A stretch of 64,000 nt of DNA, taken from contig CAWDSK010000006.1 of assembly GCA_963804995.1 (NCBI GenBank), forward strand, positions 768,001-832,000, read 5' to 3'. The number at the start of each line of letters is the position of its first letter. The stretch's first letter is position 1. Positions 31,005-43,900 of this stretch are shown one piece after another. This DNA comes from an uncultured Acidobacteriota bacterium (GTDB lineage Bacteria > Acidobacteriota > Terriglobia > UBA7540). Position numbers and translations under genes: made by a program. Under the pieces are notes generated by a model. The model was given only the letters and a program-made list of their open reading frames with translations, was not told the origin of the DNA and searched no databases.

Positions 31005-31950
31005 CCTCACCTTCTTTTCCGGTCAATTCGTTGTACGTCACTCTCCGACCGTCTGCCTGTTTTAAGGCCGTCTGGAATCTCTCTCCGTCTGTCATCGTGC
31101 GAGTATTGAATCGGAAGGTAGCACTATCGAGATAGCGGTCAAGGTGAAAAGCGTCAACGGAATGATGCGTCCCGTAAATTGTCCGCTTGAACAGGCTCCA
31201 GAAGTTCTCAAGGCCGTTCGTGTGAACACGGCCCCGGACAAATTCTTCGGCGTGATTGATGACTTCGTGAATGTAATTCTGCTCTTCGATTCCGTCATAG
31301 GACTTCAATGCGTCAGAGTAGATGACGGAGCCGGGAGCAACGTTGCGGCTGATTTGTGCTTGAAGCTCTCCCTTGCGCACAGTCCGTACCTTTTTGGCGC
31401 GAATCGTACCATGCCGCTTGAGAAGTCCCATGACCGCGCACTTGCCGATTGACCCACGGCCAAGATGCTGCCTTTTGCTCGCGTGCTTGAAGCGCTCTTT
31501 TCCGCCGATGAAAGTTTCGTCAACTTCGACTTCGCCAGACAGCGGGTCGCGATCTCCGTTTTCGCGCATCGTGAGCCGGATTCGGTGAAGCATGAACCAT
31601 GCGGTCCTTTGCGTCACATTGAGCGCCCGGCCAAGCTGATAGGAACTCACATCTTTTTTCGATGACATCTCAAGCCAGAAGGCGGGAAGCCATTTATCCA
31701 AGCCAAGCGGGGAGTCCTCGAAAATCGTTCCGACCTTGACCGTGAACTGCTTTCGGCAAGTCTTGCAGCGCCAGATGATTCCACGTGTCTTGCTATTGAT
31801 CGTCCAGACCTCTGTCCCGCCGCAATCCGCACGCGGGCAAGTGACCTTACCATTGGGCCACCGGACATCTGCAAGAGCCTGATGGCATACTTCCGGGTCG
31901 GAGTAGTATCGAACTGCTTCAAGCAACGTTTCTGGTATGTTGTTAATCAT
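30997..31950 (-). CDS. IS1595-family transposase
   Basis: N-terminal Zn ribbon (RWPNG..CP..C..WRCKTC), EVDETFIGG, YSD, HTNGLENFWS. Confidence 0.95.
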   Translation of the reverse strand: MINNIPETLLEAVRYYSDPEVCHQALADVRWPNGKVTCPRADCGGTEVWTINSKTRGIIWRCKTCRKQFTVKVGTIFEDSPLGLDKWLPAFWLEMSSKKDVSSYQLGRALNVTQRTAWFMLHRIRLTMRENGDRDPLSGEVEVDETFIGGKERFKHASKRQHLGRGSIGKCAVMGLLKRHGTIRAKKVRTVRKGELQAQISRNVAPGSVIYSDALKSYDGIEEQNYIHEVINHAEEFVRGRVHTNGLENFWSLFKRTIYGTHHSVDAFHLDRYLDSATFRFNTRTMTDGERFQTALKQADGRRVTYNELTGKEGEDV

Positions 31951-32004
31951 GAGTACAGTTTACGCCACTAATAGTTGTTTGTCAAGTACAAAATGAAATT
32001 ATTT

Positions 32005-32673
32005 TTAGGGCGCTCCTATGCTTGGGTCTTGAAGGAATTCTTCAAGTTTTTGCTGGTCGCTCATCAATAACTTCCAAGTTTCATAGTATTCGGGTGTCAT
32101 CCCTCCACCAAGGTAGGACTCATTACCTCTCGATTGACTGCGAAATCTCGCGAGGTACACATTCCCCCTGGGAATCGTTTTAAGATAATTCTCGATGGCT
32201 TTATGCCAGCTTTGAACAGACAATGCCCACTCATGCTGGTCCTTGTCTGGATAGACACTTCCCGGAAAAAATCTCGTACGTAGCGAGTTCCCCGTATCTA
32301 TGTATCGGCTGATTTTCCCCTGTATGGAGCGTCGCGCCTTCTCAGTAGCTTCATCCGCAGATGACTTGCTACTATTAATCACGGTCGGAGGTGGCATATT
32401 GTTTGTAACTTGAACGGTCGGAGGCTGCTTGGTGTTATGCTCAATCTCAGCCAGTTGCCTACGTATTGCGGATTGGGTCTGCGCGTTCTTAGCTGCCTGA
32501 AATGCGATCAAGAGCACAGCCACGGCTCCGCAGGCTAAGAACTTGATTTTATAATGCTTCCGCGTGATCGGATCGTCTGTGGGGTGCAAAGTCACATGCA
32601 CCCCCTGATAGGCCATATAAATCGTGAGGAGAGCAGACGCGACTGCCAATAACACGGTAATTGTCGTATCCAT
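32005..32673 (-). CDS. IS1595 passenger gene: hypothetical protein with two N-terminal TM helices
   Basis: 222-aa ORF inside the IRs, lower GC; preceded by TTGACA-17-TAGTTT located in the IR. Confidence 0.75.
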   Translation of the reverse strand: MDTTITVLLAVASALLTIYMAYQGVHVTLHPTDDPITRKHYKIKFLACGAVAVLLIAFQAAKNAQTQSAIRRQLAEIEHNTKQPPTVQVTNNMPPPTVINSSKSSADEATEKARRSIQGKISRYIDTGNSLRTRFFPGSVYPDKDQHEWALSVQSWHKAIENYLKTIPRGNVYLARFRSQSRGNESYLGGGMTPEYYETWKLLMSDQQKLEEFLQDPSIGAP

Positions 32674-33392
32674 CGCATAAAACTACTGCCTGTACATTTG
32701 TTTGTCAAGTGATTCATCGCCCAGTGAATCGTCCAACAACTACGAGAAGTCTTCCCAGAGGATAGCTCACCCAAGTACTTGATCCTCGACCGTGATGGAA
32801 AGTTCGGCGGAGAAGGCACGAAGATGCTGGAATGCTTGGGCAGCAAGCTGATTCGAACAGCCTATCGCAGTCCCTGGCAAAGTGGCGTGGCGGAGCGCTG
32901 GGTTGGCAGCTGTCACCGGGAACTGCTGGACCACGTGATCGTGCTGAGCGAGTCCCACGTGCGGCGGCTTGTCCTTGCGAACTACGTACTTGGCGACTGT
33001 CGCTTGGGACACATCGATTCCGAGTTTGAGCAGTTCACCGTGGAGGCGAGGTGCTCCCCAGAGCGGATTTGCCACACTCACCTTTCGGATGAGGTCTCGG
33101 ATTTCCTCAGACACTTCGGGCCTTCCCGCTTGGCCCCGTCTACTCTTCCACGCCCAATACAGACGGAATCCCTTCCGATGCCAGGAGATCACCGTCTCCG
33201 GTTTGACAACGACCAACGCTGAACGCCAGCCCGACCACAGTCTGGAGAGCCAAACCCACAGCAAACGATCGCCGGCACTGAGGCGCACACGCCTTCTTTG
33301 AGCGCGTTGGAGCACCATGACCTGATGTCGCAAGGCGACGATCTCAGCTTGGAGTCGGACGCGGCGTCGGAACGAGGAACAGAGGAGGGCTA

Positions 33393-34412
33393 GAGCAGTT
33401 TCGATTTAAGTACTTACATATCCGCACGAGGCCAAGTAGTTTGTACACTCGGTTGGGGAGACAGTATTGAGCAATTCCCCGATTTCCTTCCAGAGGGCGC
33501 CGATATCCCGCTTGGCGGCTTTGCGGAGCAGCGCCTTGAGTTTGGAAAAGAACCTTTCGATCGGGTTCAGGTCCGGGGAGTAGGGAGGCAGATAGAGTAG
33601 GGTGGCTCCGGCCGCGGTGATCGCTTTCTCCACTCCCGCCACCTTGTGACTGCTGAGGTTGTCCAGAATCACGGTGTCTCCCGGTTGGAGCGTTGGGCAC
33701 AGGAATTGATGCACATAAGCCAGAAACATCTCGCCGTCCATCGGCCCGTCGGCGACCATCGGCGCGGTCAATCGGCGGCGGCGCAGAGCGCCCACAAAGG
33801 TCGTCGTCTCCCAGCGCCCGTGCGGCGCCGAGTCGATACAACGTCGGCCTCGGGGCGCGCGCCCGTAGCGCCGCGTCAGGCTCGTCGATATCCACGTTTC
33901 ATCGATAAACACGAGCTTTTCGACTTCCATCGTGGGCAGCGCTTGCCGCCACGCGCTGCGCGCCCGCTGCACGTCTTCGCGCTCTTGCTCGCTGGCGTGC
34001 AGGGTTTTTTTTGAAGGTCAGATTCCATTTGTTCAACTGATGCCACAAGGCACCGATCTTAATCGATAGGCCCTGCTCGGCGAGACGTTCGCATAGCTCG
34101 GTCAAGCTCAGCCCCGGTGCTTGCTCGATCCAGGCGCGCAGCACGGGCTCCATCGCCGCGATGCGCGAACGGCGATGCCCGCCGATCTGAAAACTGGTGC
34201 GTTGGCCGGTCTTCTGCTGCCGCCCCCGCACCTGGTAAACCCAGACGCGACTGACTTCCAGCCGCCGCGCAATCGCCGTCGGACGTTCGCCGCGCTCCAA
34301 GGCCCATAACACCCGATCCCGCAAGTCCTGGGAATAGGATTGCATCTTTGCCTCCCCTCTACCGGCGGAGGCATTATCGCACATAATATATACACTTAAA
34401 TCAAAAATGCTC
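33393..34412 (-). mobile_element. IS630-family insertion sequence
   Basis: IR (TA)GAGCAGTTTCGATTTAAGT / rc (TA)GAGCATTTTTGATTTAAGT with duplicated TA target. Confidence 0.93.
33406..34345 (-). CDS. IS630 transposase (OrfA+OrfB joined by a -1 frameshift at an A8 run, 34005-34012)
   Basis: YSQDLRDRV HTH; FIDET, ILDNLSSHK, LPPYSPDLNPIE; TTCAAAAAAAACC slippery site. Confidence 0.92.
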
Positions 34413-34512
34413 TAAAAGAGAGAAGATCAGGTTGCACATGCGAAGGGAAGCTTAGCAACCGGGGCTGATAACATCAACCATTGCCATGCGAAAGAGATTT
34501 TCAGCAGGGACA

Positions 34513-34830
34513 CCGTATCTCCCGGGACCAGCTCTGCTATCGGCAGTTCCTGTTCTCCTCCGTCACGCAGAACGGCATCCGTATTGGCAACCTGCTTGCG
34601 AATCTCCTCCACCGCATGTCGAGCCTGGAATTCCATGAAGAAGTTCAGCAGTGCGCTGAGCAGGACCACGACGATGATGATCGGCCCGCCAACCGGGTCA
34701 CCCAGTCCGAGAGATATGCCGCTGGCAATAAGAAGGGTGATAACGAGGGGATCGGCGAAGAGACGGAAAACACTGAACAGCGTAGCGAAGCGCGACTCCT
34801 GCACCAGGCTGTTTGGGCCATAAGGCAGAG
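34513..34830 (-). pseudogene. N-terminal fragment of a P-type ATPase (MgtA-like), cut by an IS end
   Basis: YGPN...FADPLVITLLIAS...EFQARHAVE...VLRDG...ELVPGD stops exactly at 34512. Confidence 0.75.
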
Positions 34831-34994
34831 GGCGTATGATTTTGCGCAAAGGGGAAGTTCAAATCGGAAATTCCGGCTTAGGCCAGCGACACTACAAGAC
34901 GATATACTGGTAGCGTTGCGTCGTAGATTCCCATCCAGTGAAATCCGTCGCAATGCCTGGAAGCTTAGACCAAGTGGTGATGCAAGGACGGAGA

Positions 34995-37900
34995 ATGGAA
35001 GCAGGCATCCTCATAGGCTACTTCGCAAAACGAGATGAAGCTCGCCGAGCCCTCAGGAAGTTGCAGAGGAACGGGTTTCCGCCGCGCCGCATTGGTGAGC
35101 AAGACCGCGGATGGAGATGTACGTACATGGGACCCCTTCCTTTGGCGCCGGGCTTTCGGTGCGACCCTGGCTTTCATCCTGTTCGGGGTCCTCGCCGGAG
35201 TTGCATTCATAGGCCTTCATTGGCCGGAGCCGATTCTGAGCGAAGCCCTTCCTGCCCTGATTTCGACCCTTGTGGGTGGATTCATCGGAGCCCTCTTTGC
35301 CGGGGTGTGGATACGACGATCGAAGTACGGCGTGGAACGAAGGCTGCTTGAGGATCACACACGTTGGTTGGTGTCCGAGGAGGCCGTCCTGATCCTCCAG
35401 GCGCCGATTGAAACACTGCGGTTCCCAGTGGCGGTGCTTCGAGAAAGCGGCGACATCCCGCCCGCGGTCTTCGTCCTGCATCCGAAGCGCGAGAATCCGA
35501 TTGGAGATGTGCGAAGCCCTGGGGCGGCGCTCTCTCCGGCGCAGATCCAGGAGCGTGCCCAGCGCCTGGCCGTGGACCACGAAATGGACCCCAAGCCGCG
35601 GCGGAACACCGCACTGCTCGAGCGGCTCGAACTGGCCCGTCAATGGGCCCATCAGGTTTGCTCGGATCTCATCGAAGCAAGTCGACTGGAACAGGGTGCG
35701 CTTCCGACCGCCGAGTGGCTCCTCGATAATGAGTACGTCATCGAGAGCACCGCCCGCGACGTTCAACTGAACCTTCCCCGGCGTTATTACCAGGAGCTGC
35801 CGGCGCTCGCGAGTGAGCCCTACCGGGGCCTGCCGCGCATCTACGGCTTGGCGAGGGAACTCGTCTATCATACGGACTTGCGTCTAGACCGGGAGAACAT
35901 CCTGGCGTTTATTAAGGCCTATCAATCGGTGCGCACGCTGACGATCGGCGAACTCTGGGCTGTCCCCCAGATGCTGCGCATCGCGTTGATTGAGAGCATC
36001 CAGGACCTCGCCGCCAGCGCTCTGACCGAGTTGCGGGAACGTGAGATCGCCGACTTCTGGGCGAACAGGCTTATTACGGCCAACCGGCGAGATCCCAACC
36101 AGCTCTTCTCTATCCTGGCAGAACTTGCTAAAAACCAACCCAGCCCAAGCCCCTATTTCGCTTCTCAACTGGTCGATCATCTCTACGACGAAGAAGCCGC
36201 GTTAGCGCCGGTCCAGAGCTGGCTGGAGCGCACCTACCACAAGCCCCTGAGCGAGCTCAACCTGCGTGAGCAAAACCGCCAGACGAAGGATCTGCTATCG
36301 ATTGGGAATGCGTTTACCAGCTTGCGACAGCTCGCCCTGTTGGATTGGAGACGGCTCTTCGAGCAGCTCAGCCGCGTGGAGTGGTGGCTTCGGTTGGATC
36401 CATCCGGTGTCTATCCCAAGATGGATTTCGACACGCGCGATCGGTATCGCCGTGCGATTGAAGAGCTCGCGCGTCGGTCCGGTCAGGCGGAAGACCAGGT
36501 CGCCCAACACGCCATCGAGCTAGCCGCGCAAGCCGCACGTGAAGCGACGAAAGATGACCGGTGGATCCACGTCGGGACCTATCTGATTGGTGAAGGAAGG
36601 CGCGAGCTTGCGCGGCTCTTACGCTGCCCTGAGGCTCCACGTTTCCGCGTCCTGCAGTGGGTATACCGCCATCATTCTGCAGTGTACTTTCTTGGGCTCA
36701 GCTTCTTCTTCGCTGTATTCATCTCCCCGATCGTCCTGCTTGGTCTGCGCGGACAGACGCCCGGGATCCGGCTTGTGATCGCCCTCCTTTTGCTGATCCC
36801 CGTCAGCCAACTCGCGCTCGAGGTTTTGAATTACCTCGTCATGCGGCTACTTCCACCCCGAGCCCTTCCCAAGATGGATTTCGAGGTTTCGGGCATTCCT
36901 GACGCATTTCGAACCTTGGTCGTTGTGCCCGTGCTGCTGAGGGACGCGGAGACGATCCGGGCAGAGGTGGAGAAGTTAGAAATCCGGTACCTGGCCAACA
37001 AAGAAGGCAATCTGCTCTTCAGCCTCTTCACGGACTACACCGATTCGGATCAGGCGCATCGTGAGGACGACGAAAGACTGCTCCAGACTGTGACCGAGAG
37101 CCTCGAAGCTCTCAACCACCGGTATGGTGGTGAGCGTTTCTTCCTTTTCCATCGGGACCGCACGTGGAGTGAATCCGAGCAGAAATTCATCGGTTGGGAA
37201 CGCAAACGCGGGAAGATAGAAGAACTCAATCGGCTGATCGATGGAACGCGACCTGAAGATGCCGCTCGTTTGGTATACGTCGGCGACCCCGATCATCTGT
37301 CCAATGTGAGGTTCGTCATCACATTAGACAGCGACACACAACTGCCTCTTGGCACTGCCCGCAGGATGATCGAGACCCTGGCACATCCCCTAAACCGGCC
37401 GCGCTTCGATGCCGCAGGCAGGATCCTGGCCGGCTCCTACACAATCATCCAGCCGCGCGTGAGCCCTTCCCTGCCGAGCACGAGCGCCTCGCCTTTCAGC
37501 CGACTCTTTGCAGACGCGGTCGGAATTGACCCCTATACCAAGGCCGTTTCCGATGTCAATCAGGATCTCGCCGGTGAAGGCTCCTACCATGGCAAAGGCA
37601 TCTATGATGTGCGCGCCTTCAGTCGAGTGCTGTCTGGGAGGTTTCCTGAAGAGTGGTTGCTGAGCCATGACTTGATTGAAGGCGCTCACGTCCGAGTGGG
37701 CCTGGCCAGTGATATTGAGCTCTATGATGAGTTCCCGCAGGATTACCTGAGCTACACCCGCCGGCAACATCGTTGGATTCGTGGTGATTGGCAAATCGCG
37801 GATTGGGTCTTACCGCGTGTTCTCCAACCTGGAGGACGGCGAGGGCCAAACCAGCTCTCATGGTTCAGCCGTTGGAAGGTCTTCGACAACTTGCGCCGGA

Positions 37901-40900
37901 GCCTGCTGCCCGTAGCCAGCCTGGGCTTGCTCGTAGCCTGCTGGCTGACTTCTCCTCAGATCGGGTGGATCTCGACCCTCGTGGTCGCCGTGCAGTTGCT
38001 CTTCCACCCTTTGGCGCAGCCCTTCACAATGGCGACCACCCGCCAGGGGCTGAAGAGCTTCTCCTTCTCGAAGGTGGCGCACGACCTGCTGCGGACGGTT
38101 GCTGATGCTGCACTGCTTCCGCACCAGGCCGGGCTGGCTTTGGATGCCATTCTGCGGGTCTGGTATCGCCGCCTCATCTCTCATCGGGGGTTGCTCGAGT
38201 GGACTTCGGCCCAGGTGACGGATGGGAGAGCCCCGGGTCAGCTACGAGGGTTCGTGATTTCCATGGGCCTGGCGAGCATCTTCAGCGGGATCGTGGGTTG
38301 GGCCGTGCAGCGCTGGATGCCATCCAGCCTTGCGATGGCCAGCCCCTGGCTCGTCTTGTGGTTCCTATCCCCTCTGATCGGTTGGCTCTTGAACCTTCGA
38401 CCGCAGGCGAAGCAAAAGCAACTCCTGCTGCCTGAAAAGGATCTGCAGCTTCCTGAGGAAGGTTGCACGACGAACCTGGCGCTATTTCTCGGACTTTGTC
38501 AGCGCTGACACGTCTTGGCTTCCACCGGACAACTACCAAGTGTCCCCTCAGAAGCCACTGGCGATGCGTACCAGTCCAACCAACATCGGTCTCTGGATGC
38601 TCAGCGCGCTAGCCGCACATGATTTCGGGTATCTGACGGTGGATCAGGTCGTCGATAAGCTGACGCACACTATGGAGACGATCGGCAAACTGGAGCGCTA
38701 TGAGGGTCATCTGCTGAATTGGTACGATATTCAGACCCTTACCCCTCTCGAACCTCGCTACGTGTCCGCCGTGGACAGCGGCAACCTGCTGGGTGCCTTA
38801 TGGTCCCTGGAGCATGGACTTGACGAGCTGATTCAGACACCTGTCCTGGATGTGAAAGCCTTTGAAGGCCTGCGGGATACCGGGGAAATCCTGAAACAGG
38901 TCGTCCAACAGGAAGGCCTCCCCGGTCTTGATGCTCATGTCCTCGACGAACTGATGCGCGCGTGGGAAACCCCGCCGGCTCGCATCGCCGACGCGCTTCG
39001 TCTGCTGCGGCGGGTGGAGGGTAGCGTAAGGGCTCTAGCCGATGAGGTGCGTGAGTCCGCGGACGTTGAAACGGGAGCAGCTTATTGGGCCAGGCAGATG
39101 GAGGGGCAGGTATCGGCCTGGCTAAGGATCACGGATCGCTATCTCAATTGGATCGAAATCCTCGATGAAAAAACGGAAGAGGAGGTCGCCCAGTTGGGTC
39201 TCGATGCCCTACTTGCCATCCGCCAGGCCCTGCATCACGCGCCTTCGCTTCTCGATCTCGCCAAGGGGCACATCGGCTGTATTCCGATCCTCCAGTCGAT
39301 CCATGAGGAGGCTCCCTCAGCCGCGGCCCCCCTCTTGGAATGGCTTGACCGTCTTATGCAGGCCTTCGCGAAATCGAAATGGCTGGCCGGTGAAATCCTG
39401 GGTTTGGGCGAGCGGCTCATCCAGGACGGACGCGAGTTATCCGAATCGATCAATATGCGCTTCTTGTACGACCCCGAACGACGGTTGTTCTCAATCGGCT
39501 ACAACGTTTCCGGAGGCCGCTTGGATAGCTCCTACTACGATCTCTTGGCGAGTGAGGCGCGGCTGGGGAGTTTCGTCGCCATCGCTCGGGGCGATATCCC
39601 AGTTGAGCATTGGTTCTCCATGAGTCGACCCTACCGTGCAATCGATCGGCGCCGAGTGCTGCTCAGTTGGACCGGGACTCTGTTCGAATATCTGATGCCG
39701 CTGATTTTCCAACGCTCCCAGGCGAACTCGCTCCTGGATAAAGCGGCGAGGGACGCGGCGGCGATCCACATTGCCTACGGCCGCAAGCGCCGCGTACCGT
39801 GGGGGATTTCGGAGTCTGCGTTTGCGGATCTGGACCTCAACAATACCTATCAGTATAAGGCCTTTGGCGTACCGGAGCTCGGATTGAAGCGCAGCTTAGA
39901 GGAAAAGGTCGTGGTCTCGCCCTATGCCACCCTTCTGGCGCTGAACGTTGCGCCGAGAGAGAGCGTGCAGAATCTGAAACGACTGGTTAGCCTGGGGCTG
40001 CTGAACGATTACGGCTATTACGAAGCGATGGACTTCAGCCGTCGGCCGAGTCGTGAGGGCGAGCGTGGGGTGATCGTACAAACCTACATGGCGCATCATC
40101 AAGGCATGGGTTTCCTGTCGCTGACCAACTTCCTCCATGGCAATCCTATCCAGCGACATTTTCACGCCGACCCACGCGTGCGTGCCGTTGAGCCCCTACT
40201 CCATGAACGCATCCCGATCCTGCCTCCGCTGAACTACATCTCCACGCGCGAGAGAGTGTCTTTGGCGGAGAGCGTCGGCGAAGTCGCACCATCGGTGAGC
40301 AAATTCGATACGCCCCATACAACCACGCCCCAAACCCAACTCCTTTGCAATGGTCGCTATGGCTTGATGATCACCAACGCAGGCGGGGGATACAGTCGGT
40401 GGGGCAACTTTGAGATCACACGCTGGAGGTCGGATCGGACTCAGGATCCGTGGGGAACCTTCTGCTACATCCATGAGGCCGACTCGGATCGAGTGTGGTC
40501 CAACACGTATCACCCAGTCGGCGGGAAGGTTGAGGGGTACTCCGCCAACTTCGCGCTCGACCGTGCCGTGTTCCGGCGCGCCGACAACGGCATTCAAACC
40601 GAAACGGAGGTCGTCGTCTCGCCAGAAGACGACGTGGAGATTCGGCGGATCACCCTGATCAATCGGTCCGTTCGCAGCCGCCGTTTCAATCTCACGAGCT
40701 ACGTTGAACTCTCGCTGGCGCCGCACAACGCAGACCGGCAGCATCCGGCCTTCAACAAGCTGTTCATCCAAACCGAGGCGGTGCCTGAACATCAAGCGCT
40801 CCTCGCGTACCGCCGCCCTCGCGCGGAAGACGACCCACCCATTTACGTTGCGCACCGCTTTACGCTTGAACACGCTGAGGACGAAGCCTTGCAGTTCGAA

Positions 40901-43900
40901 ACCGACCGGCGCCGATTCATCGGCCGAGGACGGACGCTCGCGAATCCGATGGGGGTCTTCCAGGAGCTTGGCAACAGCCAGGGTTTTGTCCTGGACCCGA
41001 TCCTCAGCCTGCGCCAGAGCCTGAGTCTTGGTCCAGGCCAGCGTATGCAGGTTACCTTGGTTCTCGCCGCCGGCGAAACACGCCAGCAGGTCTTGAGACT
41101 GATGGGTAAGTACAGCGATCCCCATGCGATCGATCGGGCGATGGATTTCGCCTCGGCTTCTGCCCAGCTTGAGCTGCGATTGCTTCGCATCCAGCCCGAC
41201 GAAGCTCGCCGCTTCCAGCAGCTCGCCAGCCACCTGCTGTTTCCCAACCCGCTCTTTCGCCCTCCCGCCGAACGCATCGAAGAGAACCGCAAGGGCCAAG
41301 CCGGCTTATGGCCCTACGGAATCTCGGGCGACTTGCCGATTGCCCTGATCACCATTGGTGAGGCGCAGGATATCAGCCTGGTCCGTCAGATGCTCCAGGC
41401 GCATACCTATTGGCGAAGGCACGGGTTGATGGCAGACCTGGTGATCCTCAACGAGGAGGCCGGCGGCTATGAGCAGCCGCTCCGTGAACGACTCGAGCGC
41501 TTGATCCAGGCGCATTCCACGTATGCGGGGGTTGATCGGCCAGGTGGGATATTCTTGCGCAGCGCGGATGAAATCCCGGAGGAAGACCTGACGCTGCTCA
41601 AGGCCGCGGCAAGTGTAGTGCTGGTGGCGGCACGCGGCACTCTGCCCCAGCAGGCGTGCCTGCGGAGGTTCCCGAGCTGCTCGAACCCCTGGCCAAGAAA
41701 CGTGCTCCCCGGGAGCCTTCGGCTTCGCTGCCCTTCATGGAGCTGCCCTACTTCAACAGCCTGGGTGGTTTTACCCCGGATGGGCGTGAATACGCGATCT
41801 ATCTCGGTCCCAACACCCACACGCCTGCACCCTGGGTGAACGTCATCGCCAACCCCACCTTCGGAACATTGATCAGCGAAACGGGGTCTGGCTTTACCTG
41901 GTATGGCAACAGCCAGCGCAATCGCCTGACGCAATGGTCGAACGACCCCGTCATGGATCCACCGTCTGAGGCGGTGTACATCCGGGACGAGGAAACCGGG
42001 GTCTACTGGACGCCGACCCCGTCGCCGATCCGCGAAGAGACCGCCTACCGGGCAAGGCATGGGGCGGGGTACACGGTCTTCGAGCATAACAGCCAGGGGA
42101 TCGAGCAGGAGCTGACGGTCTTCGTTCCAGTGGATGAGAAAGGGGGAGAGCCGATTAAGCTGCAAAGGCTGCTGTTGAGGAACGACTCCTCCAGGCATCG
42201 CAAGCTGTCGGTTACGTATTATGTGGAGTGGACACTGGGCGAGAACCGCGAATCTTCCCAGATGCACGTCGTGACCCACTGGGATGACGAAGTCCAGGCC
42301 TTGCTCGCTCGGAATCGCTACCATCCTGAGTATGGGGATCGGGTGGCCTTCGCGGCCATCAACCCGCCTGCGGAGTCTTACAGCGGCAACCGCACGTCCT
42401 TCCTTGGGCGCAACGGCTCGCTGGGTAACCCGGCGGCGATGGAGCGAACCAGGCTTTCACGTCGGACGGGGGCGGGATTCGACCCGTGCGCCGCATTGCA
42501 GGTTACGGTTGAACTAGCTCCTGGGGAGAGGGCTGAGATCACGTGCATGTTGGGCCAGGCCGAATCGGTGGAGGAGGTCCACAAGCTGGTTCTGGTCTAC
42601 CGGGAAGGCTTGGCACTCGAGACCGCGTTGGGAAAGACGAAAGCGTGGTGGGATGATCTGTTAGGCACGATCGAAGTGCACACCCCGGAACTGGCAGCGG
42701 ACTTCCTGATCAACCGTTGGCTCTTGTACCAAAGCCTCAGCTGTCGGATCTGGGGACGTTCCGCCTTTTACCAGTCCGGCGGTGCATTCGGCTTCCGCGA
42801 TCAACTGCAGGACGTTATGGCGTTCCTGTACGCGCATCCCGAGCTGGCGCGCGAGCACATCCTGCTCGCGGCGAGCCGTCAGTTCAAGGAGGGCGATGTC
42901 CAACACTGGTGGCATCCCCCGAGCGGCGCGGGAATCCGCTCGCGGATCTCCGATGACCCCCTGTGGCTTCCCTACGTCGTCGCTCAATACATCCGGGTCA
43001 CCGGCGATGTGGAGATCTTGCGCACAGAGGTCCCCTTCCTCGACGGGCCCATGCTGGAAGGCGATCAGCACGAGATGTTCTTCACTCCGGAGGTCGCGCC
43101 TGAACACGCCACGCTGTTTGAGCACTGCCAGCGCGCCGTCACGCGTAGCATGACCTTTGGGCCCCATGGTTTGCCCCTGATAGGAACAGGGGACTGGAAC
43201 GATGCGATGAACCTTGTGGGTGCTGGAGGCAAAGGGGAGAGCGTTTGGCTGGCGTGGTTCATGGTGGATGTGCTTCAGGGTATGGCCGAGTTGTCTGAGC
43301 TACTGGGTCGGCCAGATCTAAGTCAGACCTATCATCAAGACAGGAATGCGCTGATTCAGCGTGTCGAGCGAGCAGCCTGGGATGGGGAGTGGTATCTTCG
43401 GGCGACCTTCGACGATGGCACGCCGCTTGGTTCTTCGGCGAATGAAGAGGCGAGGATCGATTCCCTGCCGCAATCTTGGGCTTGGCTGAGTGGCGCCGCC
43501 GACACAGATCGCGCGGATAGGGCTTTAGAATCAGCATGGAAATATCTCGTTCGCGAGGATGAAAGTCTGGTGCTGCTCTTAACGCCTCCCTTTGACAGAT
43601 CGGAGCCGTCACCCGGATACATCAAGGGGTACCCTCCGGGGGTGAGGGAGAACGGAGGCCAGTACACTCACGCCGCCCTGTGGTTCGCCATGGCCTTGGC
43701 CCGCCGAGGGGATGGTACGCGGGCGGCGAAAATGCTGCGCATGCTCAACCCGATTGAGCGCGCGCGTGATTCAGAAGCAGTGTGGCGCTATGGGCTCGAT
43801 CCCTACGTGGTCGCAGCTGACGTGTACCGATTGCCTGGGCGGATCGGTCAGGGTGGTTGGTCTTGGTATACGGGTTCGGCGGCGTGGATGTACCGAGCCT

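Larger units (their letters stand above)
30781..32721 (-). mobile_element. IS1595-family element carrying a passenger gene
   Basis: IRs GGCGACAAATCACATGACAAACAA / rc GGCGATGAATCACTTGACAAACAA (21/24); perfect 8-bp target duplication CAGTGAAT (30773-30780, 32722-32729). Confidence 0.92.
30064..32975 (+). mobile_element. Degenerate IS481-like element interrupted by IS1595 and truncated at about 32975
   Basis: Left end TGTGTGTCCTCAAAATC; transposase 30152..30780 resumes at 32730 (IVQQLREVFP...LILDRD...PWQSGVAERW); TGA at a conserved Trp. Confidence 0.85.
32964..34512 (-). mobile_element. Truncated IS481-like element interrupted by IS630
   Basis: End rc TGTCCCTGCTGAAAATCTC at 34512; ATG 34439 gives MCNLIFSLL|ALLCSSFRRR...LRHQ once the IS630 is removed. 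Confidence 0.85.
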
